From assembly GCA_964648715.1 (NCBI GenBank), contig CAZYNM010000001.1, forward strand, positions 16,040 through 80,039: a DNA stretch of 64,000 nucleotides, given 5' to 3'. Below the pieces are notes generated by a model that searched no databases, was not told where the DNA came from, and saw only the letters and a list, made by a program, of their open reading frames with translations. Below, piece after piece: positions 8,714 to 18,558 of this stretch. This DNA comes from an uncultured Pseudomonadales bacterium. Its GTDB lineage: Bacteria > Patescibacteriota > Microgenomatia > UBA1400 > PJMF01. Position numbers and translations under genes: made by a program. The first letter of the stretch is position 1; every line of letters begins with the position of its first letter.

Positions 8714-10051
8714 ATGGTAGAACAAAAGATATGGACACCATCTGAATTTGTTATAACGCGGGCAAATACATTGGTCACCCAGGTCCTTGAAGTCTTAAAA
8801 CCAACTTCAGATGCCAACAAAGATGAGCAGCTAAGCAGACTAGCAAACGATGCAAACACACTCTTAGAAAAGCTCGCACAGACATTTCGCGATGATCCTG
8901 AATTAATTGATCAAGCTACCATGCAACTACTCGCAAAGTCACTCATCACTGTGCAGATGTGCTTGCTGAGTGAGCACAGATCAACACGATTAGCTGTGCA
9001 TGCCAGTAAAGAACAAGAAAGTGTTGTGCCACAATCAGGTGATGTGATGGAACATGCTCGAGCGTGTCTCATGTTAATTCAAGATGGTGGACCTGAAGCC
9101 GTAGACAAACTTGTGGCTGCTTATAATCACTTTGTTGCTTTGCGTGATAGAGAACACAGTCTAGTCAAATACAGCACTGAGCAGATGCAGTTCTTTGCTA
9201 GAGTGCAGGTGGCGGTACAAACAAAGCTCATTTCAGAAGGTGTAGCTTGTCAATTGGTTGCAGAAAGCATGAAGCCGCTCATTAAATTTGGTGAGAACAC
9301 GCCTCCTGAAAACTTTGAACGCGCAGAGGCAGTTGGGCTCAAGCTAATACATAGAGATATCTCCTACTTACAATCTGTTTTGCGTTCGCATACCTCAGGA
9401 GGAAGTGCATGTGTTCCCCTTTCCTATGCGTACTTACGTATTTTGAGAGACTCGATAACAGATCGTTCCCAGCAAGAAAGTATGGTGCAAGGCATACTTG
9501 CTCAATGGAGAAAAAGGTTTAATGGTAACTGGGTAGGACCATCTGATTTCTTTGATACCACCAGCGACCAGGAAAGGAAATTGGACGCATTAAGCACACT
9601 GGACACCTCGCTCAGCAATACTGGTTTTGACGCTGTGGACTGTATTATCACCTATCTGGAAATGCCTGCGCATACTTTGTCTCGCGGCAAACTGGGGGTG
9701 ACACAGATAGAAATTAGTAGCAAACGAGGTGAACGACAAATGATTATCACCACAGCAGAGGGGCTCAAAGGGAGAGTCATTCACGTTGATGCTCAGAATC
9801 CTTATTGGCAGCAGCACAAAAATGCTATTCCTCGTGTGGGTACCTATGATTACACAGCGGGGCAACATGCTCTTCTAGTTGTTGATGGCAAAAAACTAGC
9901 AGACAACTCCTATGAAATATATGTTATTGATCCCATGACAGGGTGTGTGCTGGCTGTGAACCAATCTGAGTTGATTAGAGTGATACGAAAAACAAGTGAT
10001 GTTTCTCAGCAAAGATTCCAGATTCAGTTAGGAACGTGCACGATTAGCTAG
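8714..10051 (+). CDS. Novel N-terminal domain + papain-like (C39-like) cysteine peptidase
   Basis: Cys-His-Asp triad in typical contexts: SACVPLSYAYL, GQHALLVVDG, IYVIDPMTG. N-terminus is paralogous to that of 5242-7812. Confidence 0.65.
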   Translation: MVEQKIWTPSEFVITRANTLVTQVLEVLKPTSDANKDEQLSRLANDANTLLEKLAQTFRDDPELIDQATMQLLAKSLITVQMCLLSEHRSTRLAVHASKEQESVVPQSGDVMEHARACLMLIQDGGPEAVDKLVAAYNHFVALRDREHSLVKYSTEQMQFFARVQVAVQTKLISEGVACQLVAESMKPLIKFGENTPPENFERAEAVGLKLIHRDISYLQSVLRSHTSGGSACVPLSYAYLRILRDSITDRSQQESMVQGILAQWRKRFNGNWVGPSDFFDTTSDQERKLDALSTLDTSLSNTGFDAVDCIITYLEMPAHTLSRGKLGVTQIEISSKRGERQMIITTAEGLKGRVIHVDAQNPYWQQHKNAIPRVGTYDYTAGQHALLVVDGKKLADNSYEIYVIDPMTGCVLAVNQSELIRVIRKTSDVSQQRFQIQLGTCTIS

Positions 10052-10075
10052 TTAAGTAGTTTGACCAAAGCCAGC

Positions 10076-11140
10076 TCAAAGAGACGCTCTTGGTTGTCTA
10101 TCAGGGAATTTTGCCATATCCGTATATGCAATATGTTGTGGGTTGAGCGCAGCAGCAACCCCAATCATAGCCGCATTATCACCACAGAGTTTCTTGTGAA
10201 AGGGAACTTTTACTTTGGGTGAATAATTTTTTTGTGCTCGTGCAACTGTGCGGATCATTCTCCGTAGTTCCATGTTGGCGGCTACACCCCCACTTAGCCA
10301 AATTTCGCTATATCTCTCCTGAGATAAAAGATAGTTCAATTTATAACAAATATGTTTGAATACAGCATTTTGTATGCTCGCACTTAAGTCATATATCATC
10401 TGTTTACTCAGTGGGTGGTCATTCGTCATTTTTTCAATACGGTTTCGGGTATAAGTCTTGAGTCCAGAGAAACTGAGATCATACGATTTTATTTGTGTGA
10501 GGGGAAGCGGGAAGTCGTATGCATGAGCATTCCCGACTTTAGCAAATGCCTCGATGACAGGACCAGCAGGATAGCCAAGGTTGAGCATGCGACCAACTTT
10601 ATCTAGGCACTCACCTGCTGCATCATCCAGCGTCCGCCCAATCACTGTATATTCACCAAAGCCAGTTACCCGAACAAACTCTGAATGTCCGCCTGAAATG
10701 ATCACCCCTAGTACCGGAAACCGAGTGGGTACGGCGGTGGGAACTTTTGTGCGAGGATTTGGTTTAGCGAGCACTGAAAGCAAATGACCTTCCATGTGAT
10801 TGACTGGTATGAGTGGTAACGTGTGTTTGGTAGCAAATTGCTTGATGAAACGGATACCTACCTCCAACGCTGGAGCCAGTCCTGGCCCTATGGTTACTGC
10901 ACACGCTGCCAACTGACTGGAGGTCAATCCAGCCTTTTGCACTGCGCGCTGGACACATTTTTCAATGTTTTCAGCGTGGGCCAGTTTGGCGACTGTGGGG
11001 AACACCCCACCATATGGGCGGTGGAGTTCTACTTGTGAGGCAACCACGTTACTGAGAACCGTTATGCCCTGTACCACCGCACAACTTGTCTCATCACAAG
11101 AGGTGTCAACAGCAAGAATAGGCCCAGTATTAGGTTTCAT
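10076..11140 (-). CDS. tsaD: tRNA N6-adenosine threonylcarbamoyltransferase TsaD
   Basis: ILAVDTSCDETS, GPGLAPAL, NHMEGH, ISGGHSE, DDAAGECLDKV, SFSGLKT, GGVAAN, DNAAMIG. Start re-assigned to MKPNTG, overlapping the upstream stop. Confidence 0.95.
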   Translation of the reverse strand: MKPNTGPILAVDTSCDETSCAVVQGITVLSNVVASQVELHRPYGGVFPTVAKLAHAENIEKCVQRAVQKAGLTSSQLAACAVTIGPGLAPALEVGIRFIKQFATKHTLPLIPVNHMEGHLLSVLAKPNPRTKVPTAVPTRFPVLGVIISGGHSEFVRVTGFGEYTVIGRTLDDAAGECLDKVGRMLNLGYPAGPVIEAFAKVGNAHAYDFPLPLTQIKSYDLSFSGLKTYTRNRIEKMTNDHPLSKQMIYDLSASIQNAVFKHICYKLNYLLSQERYSEIWLSGGVAANMELRRMIRTVARAQKNYSPKVKVPFHKKLCGDNAAMIGVAAALNPQHIAYTDMAKFPDRQPRASL

Positions 11141-12224
11141 AAATTGTAATATTTCGTGTACTACCCATATCCTCAAACGTACAGATCAGTGAGGGTACCC
11201 CGGCTGTAATGAGGAGTGGAGTTGCAAACTGGGCAACTTGTGACCACCACTCAACAACAATTACGTGGTTTGGTTTCAACAGTTCAGCAAAGTCTAACTT
11301 TTCAAAAAGATCAACGGTATCTACTTTCCAAAAATCAGCGTGTATGAGCGTACCTGTGACTCCATGCCGAGTGAACGGATACTCTTCATAATACGTATAA
11401 GTGGGAGAACGCAACACATCAGGCAGTTGTAAAAATTGAGCTATCCCTTTTGAAAAGATTGTTTTACCCGCACCCAGTGGACCATTCAAGCCAAACACTA
11501 GACCAGTTTTTTTTATTTGCTCCCAATTCTTGAGTATAAGTTTTCCTGCCAAATCTTTGGTTTCTGCTTCTGAGCTAGTAGTCAGCGTGTAGCCACTTTT
11601 TTGAGTCGGTTGTTGAAGCAGTACACCCTGACGGAGCGTAACTGGTGTAGCAAGTGTGGTGTCAATAACTGTAGAGGGTGGACGTTGGGGAAGCGTACCT
11701 GCATCAAGACAACAATCAATAAGTGACTTTTGTGTCTCGGAGAGTGCACCAAAAATATCTGCAAGCGAGTAGGGGCGTTTCTCGCCCGAAGCATTTGCGG
11801 AAGTAGCTGTAATAGGTTTCCCATAGGCACGAAGTAGCTTTAACATAAACGGGTAGTCCGGTATCCTCACTCCGATGGTGCCAAATTCTGATGCCACACC
11901 CGGTGCCAATGTGCCTTTACGTACGTACGATACTACCGTGAGCGGTCCAGGCAAAAATTGCGCGTAGAGAGTTCTCGCTTGATCATTGACTACTGCATAC
12001 TGTTCAGCTACCAGTGCATCTGGAACTGCGATGGAGAGTGGTTTTCCTTCTCTGCGTGCTTTGTATCGCAGTAACTTGTCTACGGCGTGCGGTAGCGTAG
12101 CATCAACGCCAGCGCCATAGGTTGTTTCGGTAGGAAAGATGACGAGTCCTCCTTGAGCAAGTATGGTGCACGCCTGAGCAATGATGTCAGTTTCTTGGGT
12201 TTCTGCCAGTTTGAGTATTTGCAT
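11130..12224 (-). CDS. tsaC-tsaE: Fusion of TsaC/Sua5 (threonylcarbamoyl-AMP synthase) and TsaE ATPase
   Basis: N-half: FPTETTYG, KARREGKPLS, PGPLT, GVRIPD, TATSANASG. C-half: LNGPLGAGKT, LRSPTYT, HADFWK, VVEW. Confidence 0.9.
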   Translation of the reverse strand: MQILKLAETQETDIIAQACTILAQGGLVIFPTETTYGAGVDATLPHAVDKLLRYKARREGKPLSIAVPDALVAEQYAVVNDQARTLYAQFLPGPLTVVSYVRKGTLAPGVASEFGTIGVRIPDYPFMLKLLRAYGKPITATSANASGEKRPYSLADIFGALSETQKSLIDCCLDAGTLPQRPPSTVIDTTLATPVTLRQGVLLQQPTQKSGYTLTTSSEAETKDLAGKLILKNWEQIKKTGLVFGLNGPLGAGKTIFSKGIAQFLQLPDVLRSPTYTYYEEYPFTRHGVTGTLIHADFWKVDTVDLFEKLDFAELLKPNHVIVVEWWSQVAQFATPLLITAGVPSLICTFEDMGSTRNITIYET

Positions 12225-12264
12225 ACAGGCTGTATTATAGCGTGGTATATAATAAAGACACGCT

Positions 12265-12600
12265 ATGTATCAAGCTAGCCCTCAATTTGTCTCTACCCAG
12301 ATACCACAAGCAAGCAAGTTCAATCTATATCTCAAGACACAAGAAATGAAAGAACTGGCCCGAGTTCTTCAGTACGTGAGCGCTCTCCCTAAGAGACAGA
12401 GAAATGCTTGGGCCAAGGAGCACGCGACTTTGATTCAGCAGGCAGTAGATTTTTTTGTACAGGAATCAAATGCGACACTGGCAGAGCTTTCGCTTGATGC
12501 AGAAGTGATTGAACTTTCTAAAGAGTTAGTAACATCTTTACGAGATGCTGTTGATATGGCGCAAGGCATCTTATTTACTGCACGTACACATAAAAGTTGA
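12265..12600 (+). CDS. Hypothetical helical protein
   Basis: 111 aa ORF with an upstream -10 element, 3 nt before yidC. Confidence 0.65.
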   Translation: MYQASPQFVSTQIPQASKFNLYLKTQEMKELARVLQYVSALPKRQRNAWAKEHATLIQQAVDFFVQESNATLAELSLDAEVIELSKELVTSLRDAVDMAQGILFTARTHKS

Positions 12601-12603
12601 CAT

Positions 12604-13374
12604 ATGTTTGAATGGTTTACTATTCTGGTTTATCAACCTTTCCTTAATGTACTGGTGTTTTTCTATTGGGTGCTCGATACGATGAGTAATCACCATGGGG
12701 ACATGGGAATTGCAGTGGTTTTGTTAACTCTGTTTATTCGCTTTTTACTGCTACCTTTGTCAATAGCAGAGCATCGGGGTGAGAAGAGCAGGCGGGAAAT
12801 AAGTACTGCACTTGAAGAAATAGAAAAACAGTATGCCACTGATCCAGTGGGAAGAGATGCTGCCAAAAAAGCAGTGATGAAAACAAATAGAGGAATATTA
12901 ATTGCTGAAGTGTGTAATTTAACTGTCCAAGTTACCATTGCAATCATGCTCTACTTCATTTTTAAACACGGCTTAACTGGGGGGGACAAGCACTTGCTGT
13001 ATCCGTTCCTCAAGAATGTACAACTGCCACAAGTTCCGTACTTTTTAGGTACATATGACCTCACAAAGCCCAGCTTGTTTCTCAACCTTACACAAAGCTT
13101 TTTGATTTTTGTCCTTGAGACGCTCCTCATGTATACATCTCCATATCCCACAACCCGAGCACAAGTTGTTCGCATGCAATTGGTGCTGCCCCTGGTTTCT
13201 TTCTTCGTCTTTTTAGGTATGCCTGCGGGTAAAAAAGTATTTATCATTACCACACTCTGTTTTAGTATTGTTTTAGCAATTGTGAGAGCCGTGCAACGGT
13301 GGTTCTCTGACTACAAATACAAAAAAGAAGCGCAAGCTGCGGCTGGTGAACAAGTTGTGGTTGACGTTCACTAG
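12604..13374 (+). CDS. yidC: YidC/Oxa1 family membrane protein insertase
   Basis: MGIAVVLLTLFIRFLLLPL, FLGTYDLTKP and GMPAG motifs, multiple TM helices. Confidence 0.8.
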   Translation: MFEWFTILVYQPFLNVLVFFYWVLDTMSNHHGDMGIAVVLLTLFIRFLLLPLSIAEHRGEKSRREISTALEEIEKQYATDPVGRDAAKKAVMKTNRGILIAEVCNLTVQVTIAIMLYFIFKHGLTGGDKHLLYPFLKNVQLPQVPYFLGTYDLTKPSLFLNLTQSFLIFVLETLLMYTSPYPTTRAQVVRMQLVLPLVSFFVFLGMPAGKKVFIITTLCFSIVLAIVRAVQRWFSDYKYKKEAQAAAGEQVVVDVH

Positions 13375-13392
13375 TGTACAATAGAGGGAAGT

Positions 13393-14091
13393 ATGGAGTT
13401 TGATAAGTTAGTTGTTTCATTTTTGGTAGATGAAGTCGTTGGTGGCTTTTTTATTTCTGTACCTCCTGGGCACATTGCCTGTGTGTATGACAGAGGTCGG
13501 GGTGTTCTTCCGCATGTGTGGGGGCCTGGATTACACTTTAAAATTCCTTTTTGGCAAGTTGCCAAACTTTTTAATGCACAAATGCTGGAGTATTCTATGC
13601 GTGACGGTTTTGATTATGCCGCCAACAAGGAAGCTCTTGGTGATGGTCAAATCATGACAACAACTCGCGATGGAGAAGATATTTATGTGGAAGGATCAAT
13701 TCTTTTCAGAATCGATAGAGTCAATGCACCAGAACTTTGGGAAAACATTGGTGAGAATGTTGTCTCCAAAGTGGTAAGACCAATCTCCCGGAGCAGGGTT
13801 GCGAGCGTCTTTGCTGAAAAAACCCTGGAGGAAATTAAGAAAAACAGAAGTGAAGTAGAAAGCATTGTTAAAAAAGAACTCAATCAGTATTTTGCTGCTC
13901 GTGGCCTCAATTGCGAGGGATTTTTGCTTTCAACCATTAAGCGTGCAAAAGATGGTAAAGCAGAGCTGGTAGTAGAACACGATCCCCAACCTCAGTTCGC
14001 GTATGCACAACCCATGATGTATCCGTATATTCCTCAACAACAACCACTAGAGACACATTCTGCTGGTCAAACGCACGGTTCCCAACACTAG
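13393..14091 (+). CDS. SPFH/Band 7 (prohibitin) domain protein
   Basis: VPPGHIACVYDRGRGV...GPGLHFKIPFWQ and TTRDGEDIYVEGSILFRID. Confidence 0.85.
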   Translation: MEFDKLVVSFLVDEVVGGFFISVPPGHIACVYDRGRGVLPHVWGPGLHFKIPFWQVAKLFNAQMLEYSMRDGFDYAANKEALGDGQIMTTTRDGEDIYVEGSILFRIDRVNAPELWENIGENVVSKVVRPISRSRVASVFAEKTLEEIKKNRSEVESIVKKELNQYFAARGLNCEGFLLSTIKRAKDGKAELVVEHDPQPQFAYAQPMMYPYIPQQQPLETHSAGQTHGSQH

Positions 14092-14104
14092 GGGTAGAAT
14101 GCCC

Positions 14105-14142
14105 TTGACAGATAATTAGCAGTCTACTAGACTATCTGCTTA
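14105..14142 (+). promoter_or_regulatory. groESL promoter overlapped by a degenerate CIRCE
   Basis: TTGACA-17-TAGACT (14105-14133); TTAGCAGTC-N9-ATCTGCTTA (14116-14142). Confidence 0.75.
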
Positions 14143-14176
14143 TCAGACTTATTAAGTGTACCTATAAAGGAGTGTT

Positions 14177-14479
14177 ATGGCACAGATATCAATTGCCAAT
14201 CTGCAACCCACACCAGGCTATGTTTTGGTAGAGCCGGCAACTCAGCCCAAACAAACTGCATCTGGTATTTATCTCCCTGATTCACAAAATGAGAAACCAC
14301 AGCACGGCACTGTCCTTGCTTGTGGAGCATCAAGTATGGATGATGGTGTCAAAGTAGAGTGCCCTGTTAAAAAAGGTGATCAAGTTATTTACAAAAAATG
14401 GGGTGGCAATGAATTCAAAATTGCTGATGTGGAATACCAATTTCTTAAGTTTGAAGATGTATTAGCGATTATTAAATAA
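14177..14479 (+). CDS. groS: Co-chaperonin GroES
   Basis: KQTASGIYLPDSQNEKPQHG, VKKGDQVIYKKWGG; SD AAAGGAG. Confidence 0.97.
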   Translation: MAQISIANLQPTPGYVLVEPATQPKQTASGIYLPDSQNEKPQHGTVLACGASSMDDGVKVECPVKKGDQVIYKKWGGNEFKIADVEYQFLKFEDVLAIIK

Positions 14480-16114
<1,635 letters not shown>

Positions 16115-16137
16115 TCTTTTCATCTTACACTGTCAAG

Positions 16138-16165
16138 AAAAAGCGGGGTTTTTACCCCGCTTTTT
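16138..16165 (+). terminator. Intrinsic terminator after groEL
   Basis: AAAAAGCGGGGT-TTTT-ACCCCGCTTTTT. Confidence 0.85.
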
Positions 16166-16186
16166 GATGTGGTATAGTGGATAGAA

Positions 16187-17542
16187 ATGACAGAAAGCAT
16201 ACTTAAATCTACACAAATAGAAGTCCAACCGACCACTGAGCTTAAGAATGTTCTTGCTATGCTAAAGAAGCATGGACATGAGGACCAGACACTTGCCCAG
16301 TGGCTTGCAGAGGAAATTGCGTATGCACTCAAGCGTAATGATACAGTTAATCATTTTAGAGAAACTGTTCAACGCGTTTTGACCAATTTTGGCTTGGGCT
16401 CTGTAGGGGAACTGGAAGGAGAACTCTGCAATTATTACTATCGTGAGTCACTTTCCCCACATGAGCGAAAACGAGTTGTGGAACAGCAGACTCTAAGAAG
16501 AGACATCACCCGTGTATTTTATTCTCATGGAATTGCTAATACTTGGCTTGCCGATTGGGTTGCCGAATTAGCAGAACACAATAGGACACTTCCTACTACT
16601 GGTACAGTAGAAAACTTTCGAGCAAGAGTTATGGAGATTTTAAAGGCGAGTAATGTTTCTTTACCAGCCTTGGTGGATGATCTGGTGGCGGTCTACGAAG
16701 GACGGAAAGTGGTTCCAGCAGCTGATGCACACAATGCGCAACAAAAGAGTGATCCTGCAACATTGAGACAGGAGACTACAGTACGACCATTCCCCTCAAA
16801 AGCATTGGTAAGCTCGCCAGCTTCTGCTAAAGAACAGCCAATAGAATCTGCAGAAGTAGTGGCAGATCCAGATACAGCATTCCGTACTATGGTGAACCAG
16901 CAGATACATGTTGTATTGGAGCGTTTTGGTCGTCCCAATAGAGAGCTCACCAAGTGGCTTGCCGAAGAAGTTGAAACAGCACAAGAGAAAAAATATACAC
17001 GTGAGCAGTTCCAAATTACAGTGGCACGTGTGCTTGAGTATTTTAATCTACACAAGAACAACAGACTGATTACCGCTTTGACTGAATGCTACCTCAATAT
17101 CCCTGCCAAAGATGGATATGAACCTCCAAAACCGGAAGTTGTCCCAGCAGAACCAATGCCTGCTGAGCTCGCTGGTCGTGCAGCAGAATTTGTGGGTCTG
17201 TTATTTGCTTTTCTAAACGTGCGTAATTCAGTATTTGAGGCTCACTTTCGTGAGCTGTATGTTGAGTTACTTACTCGTGACGGCGTTACTGCAACCTATA
17301 TGCAGCAGCGTTTAAAAAACATTTGTGCGATGCATGGCTATGGGAAAGAAGTTCTCATAGAAGAAGCAATTCGTTTCATGCAGGGTTCACCACGCTTCCA
17401 AGAGAGTGCGGTGACTACTCTGCGAGGAGAGCGAGATAAAAAAGCAGCAAAAGAACAGATGCGAGCAGAGCACAAGGATCAGATTGTGCAGCGTCTACTA
17501 AGACCAGTACGCAGGCTTTTTAATGGTCGCCTCTCAACGTAA
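16187..17542 (+). CDS. Hypothetical protein with about four copies of a ~65-aa helical repeat
   Basis: Recurring L..WLAEE...T...F...V.RVL..F.L.....L...Y pattern. Confidence 0.8.
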   Translation: MTESILKSTQIEVQPTTELKNVLAMLKKHGHEDQTLAQWLAEEIAYALKRNDTVNHFRETVQRVLTNFGLGSVGELEGELCNYYYRESLSPHERKRVVEQQTLRRDITRVFYSHGIANTWLADWVAELAEHNRTLPTTGTVENFRARVMEILKASNVSLPALVDDLVAVYEGRKVVPAADAHNAQQKSDPATLRQETTVRPFPSKALVSSPASAKEQPIESAEVVADPDTAFRTMVNQQIHVVLERFGRPNRELTKWLAEEVETAQEKKYTREQFQITVARVLEYFNLHKNNRLITALTECYLNIPAKDGYEPPKPEVVPAEPMPAELAGRAAEFVGLLFAFLNVRNSVFEAHFRELYVELLTRDGVTATYMQQRLKNICAMHGYGKEVLIEEAIRFMQGSPRFQESAVTTLRGERDKKAAKEQMRAEHKDQIVQRLLRPVRRLFNGRLST

Positions 17543-18143
17543 TCGCGCTCATATTCATGGGTACTCCTGGCCCTTCAGCTCGATAGGAGTAGAACTTTTT
17601 GGGTGTATGGAGGGTGCAATCATTGCTTGTGGTAATGAGAAGCTGTTCTGGTGAAAAAATGCTTTCAGCCTGGAGCCTATTTTCTTTGTACAGATCAAAA
17701 TGCTGCGTCTTTTCTTGATTGGTAGTGTGACAGCTAGTACAGAGTGCTGGCCCAAACCATAGGTACAGAGGACCTTGCAGTACATAACTTTTTTTGAGGT
17801 GACGGAGAACTTTTTTGAGTATCAACTGTTGGGTACTTCTTCTTCCTGCATGGATAGCCGCAACCAGTCCTTTTGGATGATACACCAGAATAGGAAGGCA
17901 GTCTGCGTGTCGTACAACGAGCGTCAAGCCTGGTCTAGTGGTAATAAGGCCGTCTGCAATAAGTTTTTCTTCTGCACTTGGTGGAGTGTGTACAGTAACA
18001 AAATCGGCTCTATGAACTTGCGTCATAGAAACACACACAGTATTTGCGAAACTTTCTGTAGTGCGCAACCTCTCTAGAGATGAAGTATCTCGTGTGGTAA
18101 CTGCAGTAAAAACTCCGGGGTGGGGTATGAGGTGTGTCAACAT
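17520..18143 (-). CDS. pgeF: YfiH/PgeF family (laccase-domain) purine nucleoside phosphorylase
   Basis: MTQVH, ADGLITT, HADCLPIL, AAIHAGRR, CT...FYSYR. Start moved to MLTHLIP because the longer ORF overlaps a tRNA. Confidence 0.85.
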   Translation of the reverse strand: MLTHLIPHPGVFTAVTTRDTSSLERLRTTESFANTVCVSMTQVHRADFVTVHTPPSAEEKLIADGLITTRPGLTLVVRHADCLPILVYHPKGLVAAIHAGRRSTQQLILKKVLRHLKKSYVLQGPLYLWFGPALCTSCHTTNQEKTQHFDLYKENRLQAESIFSPEQLLITTSNDCTLHTPKKFYSYRAEGPGVPMNMSAITLRGDH

Positions 18144-18161
18144 GAGGCAAAGCAAGTAGAG

Positions 18162-18235
18162 TACCAGGGGAGAGATTCGAACTCTCGACCTTGGGTTTAT
18201 GAATCCCATGCTCTAACCAACTGAGCTACCCTGGC
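18162..18235 (-). tRNA. tRNA with CAU anticodon (elongator Met, or Ile2)
   Basis: GCCAGGG-TA-GCTCAGTTGGTTAGAGC-A-TGGGA-TTCATAA-ACCCA-AGGTC-GAGAG-TTCGAAT-CTCTC-CCCTGGT-A; full cloverleaf, CCA not encoded. Confidence 0.92.
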
Positions 18236-18335
18236 ACGATACTGACAGGCAAATTATACCAGATATTCGTACCCTTGGTATTATGAGAGTTCTAGCGTAT
18301 AATCAGGAACGCTTGCAGCGAAAAAAGCAAGTTCG

Positions 18336-18404
18336 CGCGGGGTAGTGTACGGTGCACGTGAGGCTCATAATCTCACAGGCCGGGTTCGACTCCCGGCCCC
18401 GCAA
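18336..18404 (+). tRNA. Initiator tRNA-Met(CAU)
   Basis: CGCGGGG/CCCCGCA acceptor stem with C1xA72 mismatch, anticodon loop CTCATAA, T-loop TTCGACT; 69 nt, CCA not encoded. Confidence 0.9.
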
Positions 18405-18416
18405 CATGAGTGTGTT

Positions 18417-18446
18417 AACCAAGAGCTAGTTATCTTGGTTTTTTTT
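18417..18446 (+). terminator. Intrinsic terminator after the initiator tRNA
   Basis: AACCAAGA-gctagtta-TCTTGGTT followed by a T run. Confidence 0.75.
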
Positions 18447-18558
18447 ATGTGTGTTTAACAAATCCCATAAGAAATAATATAAGCAACAACATGATATACT
18501 ACCGCTCTGGTCGTTAAAAAGTTAAGAGTGTTTTTGTGCGCCACAAAAGGAGGTGCGC

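Noticed and set aside
18144-18209. N-terminal extension of the pgeF ORF
   Set aside because: It overlaps a complete tRNA gene; the downstream ATG at 18143 gives a normal-length protein.
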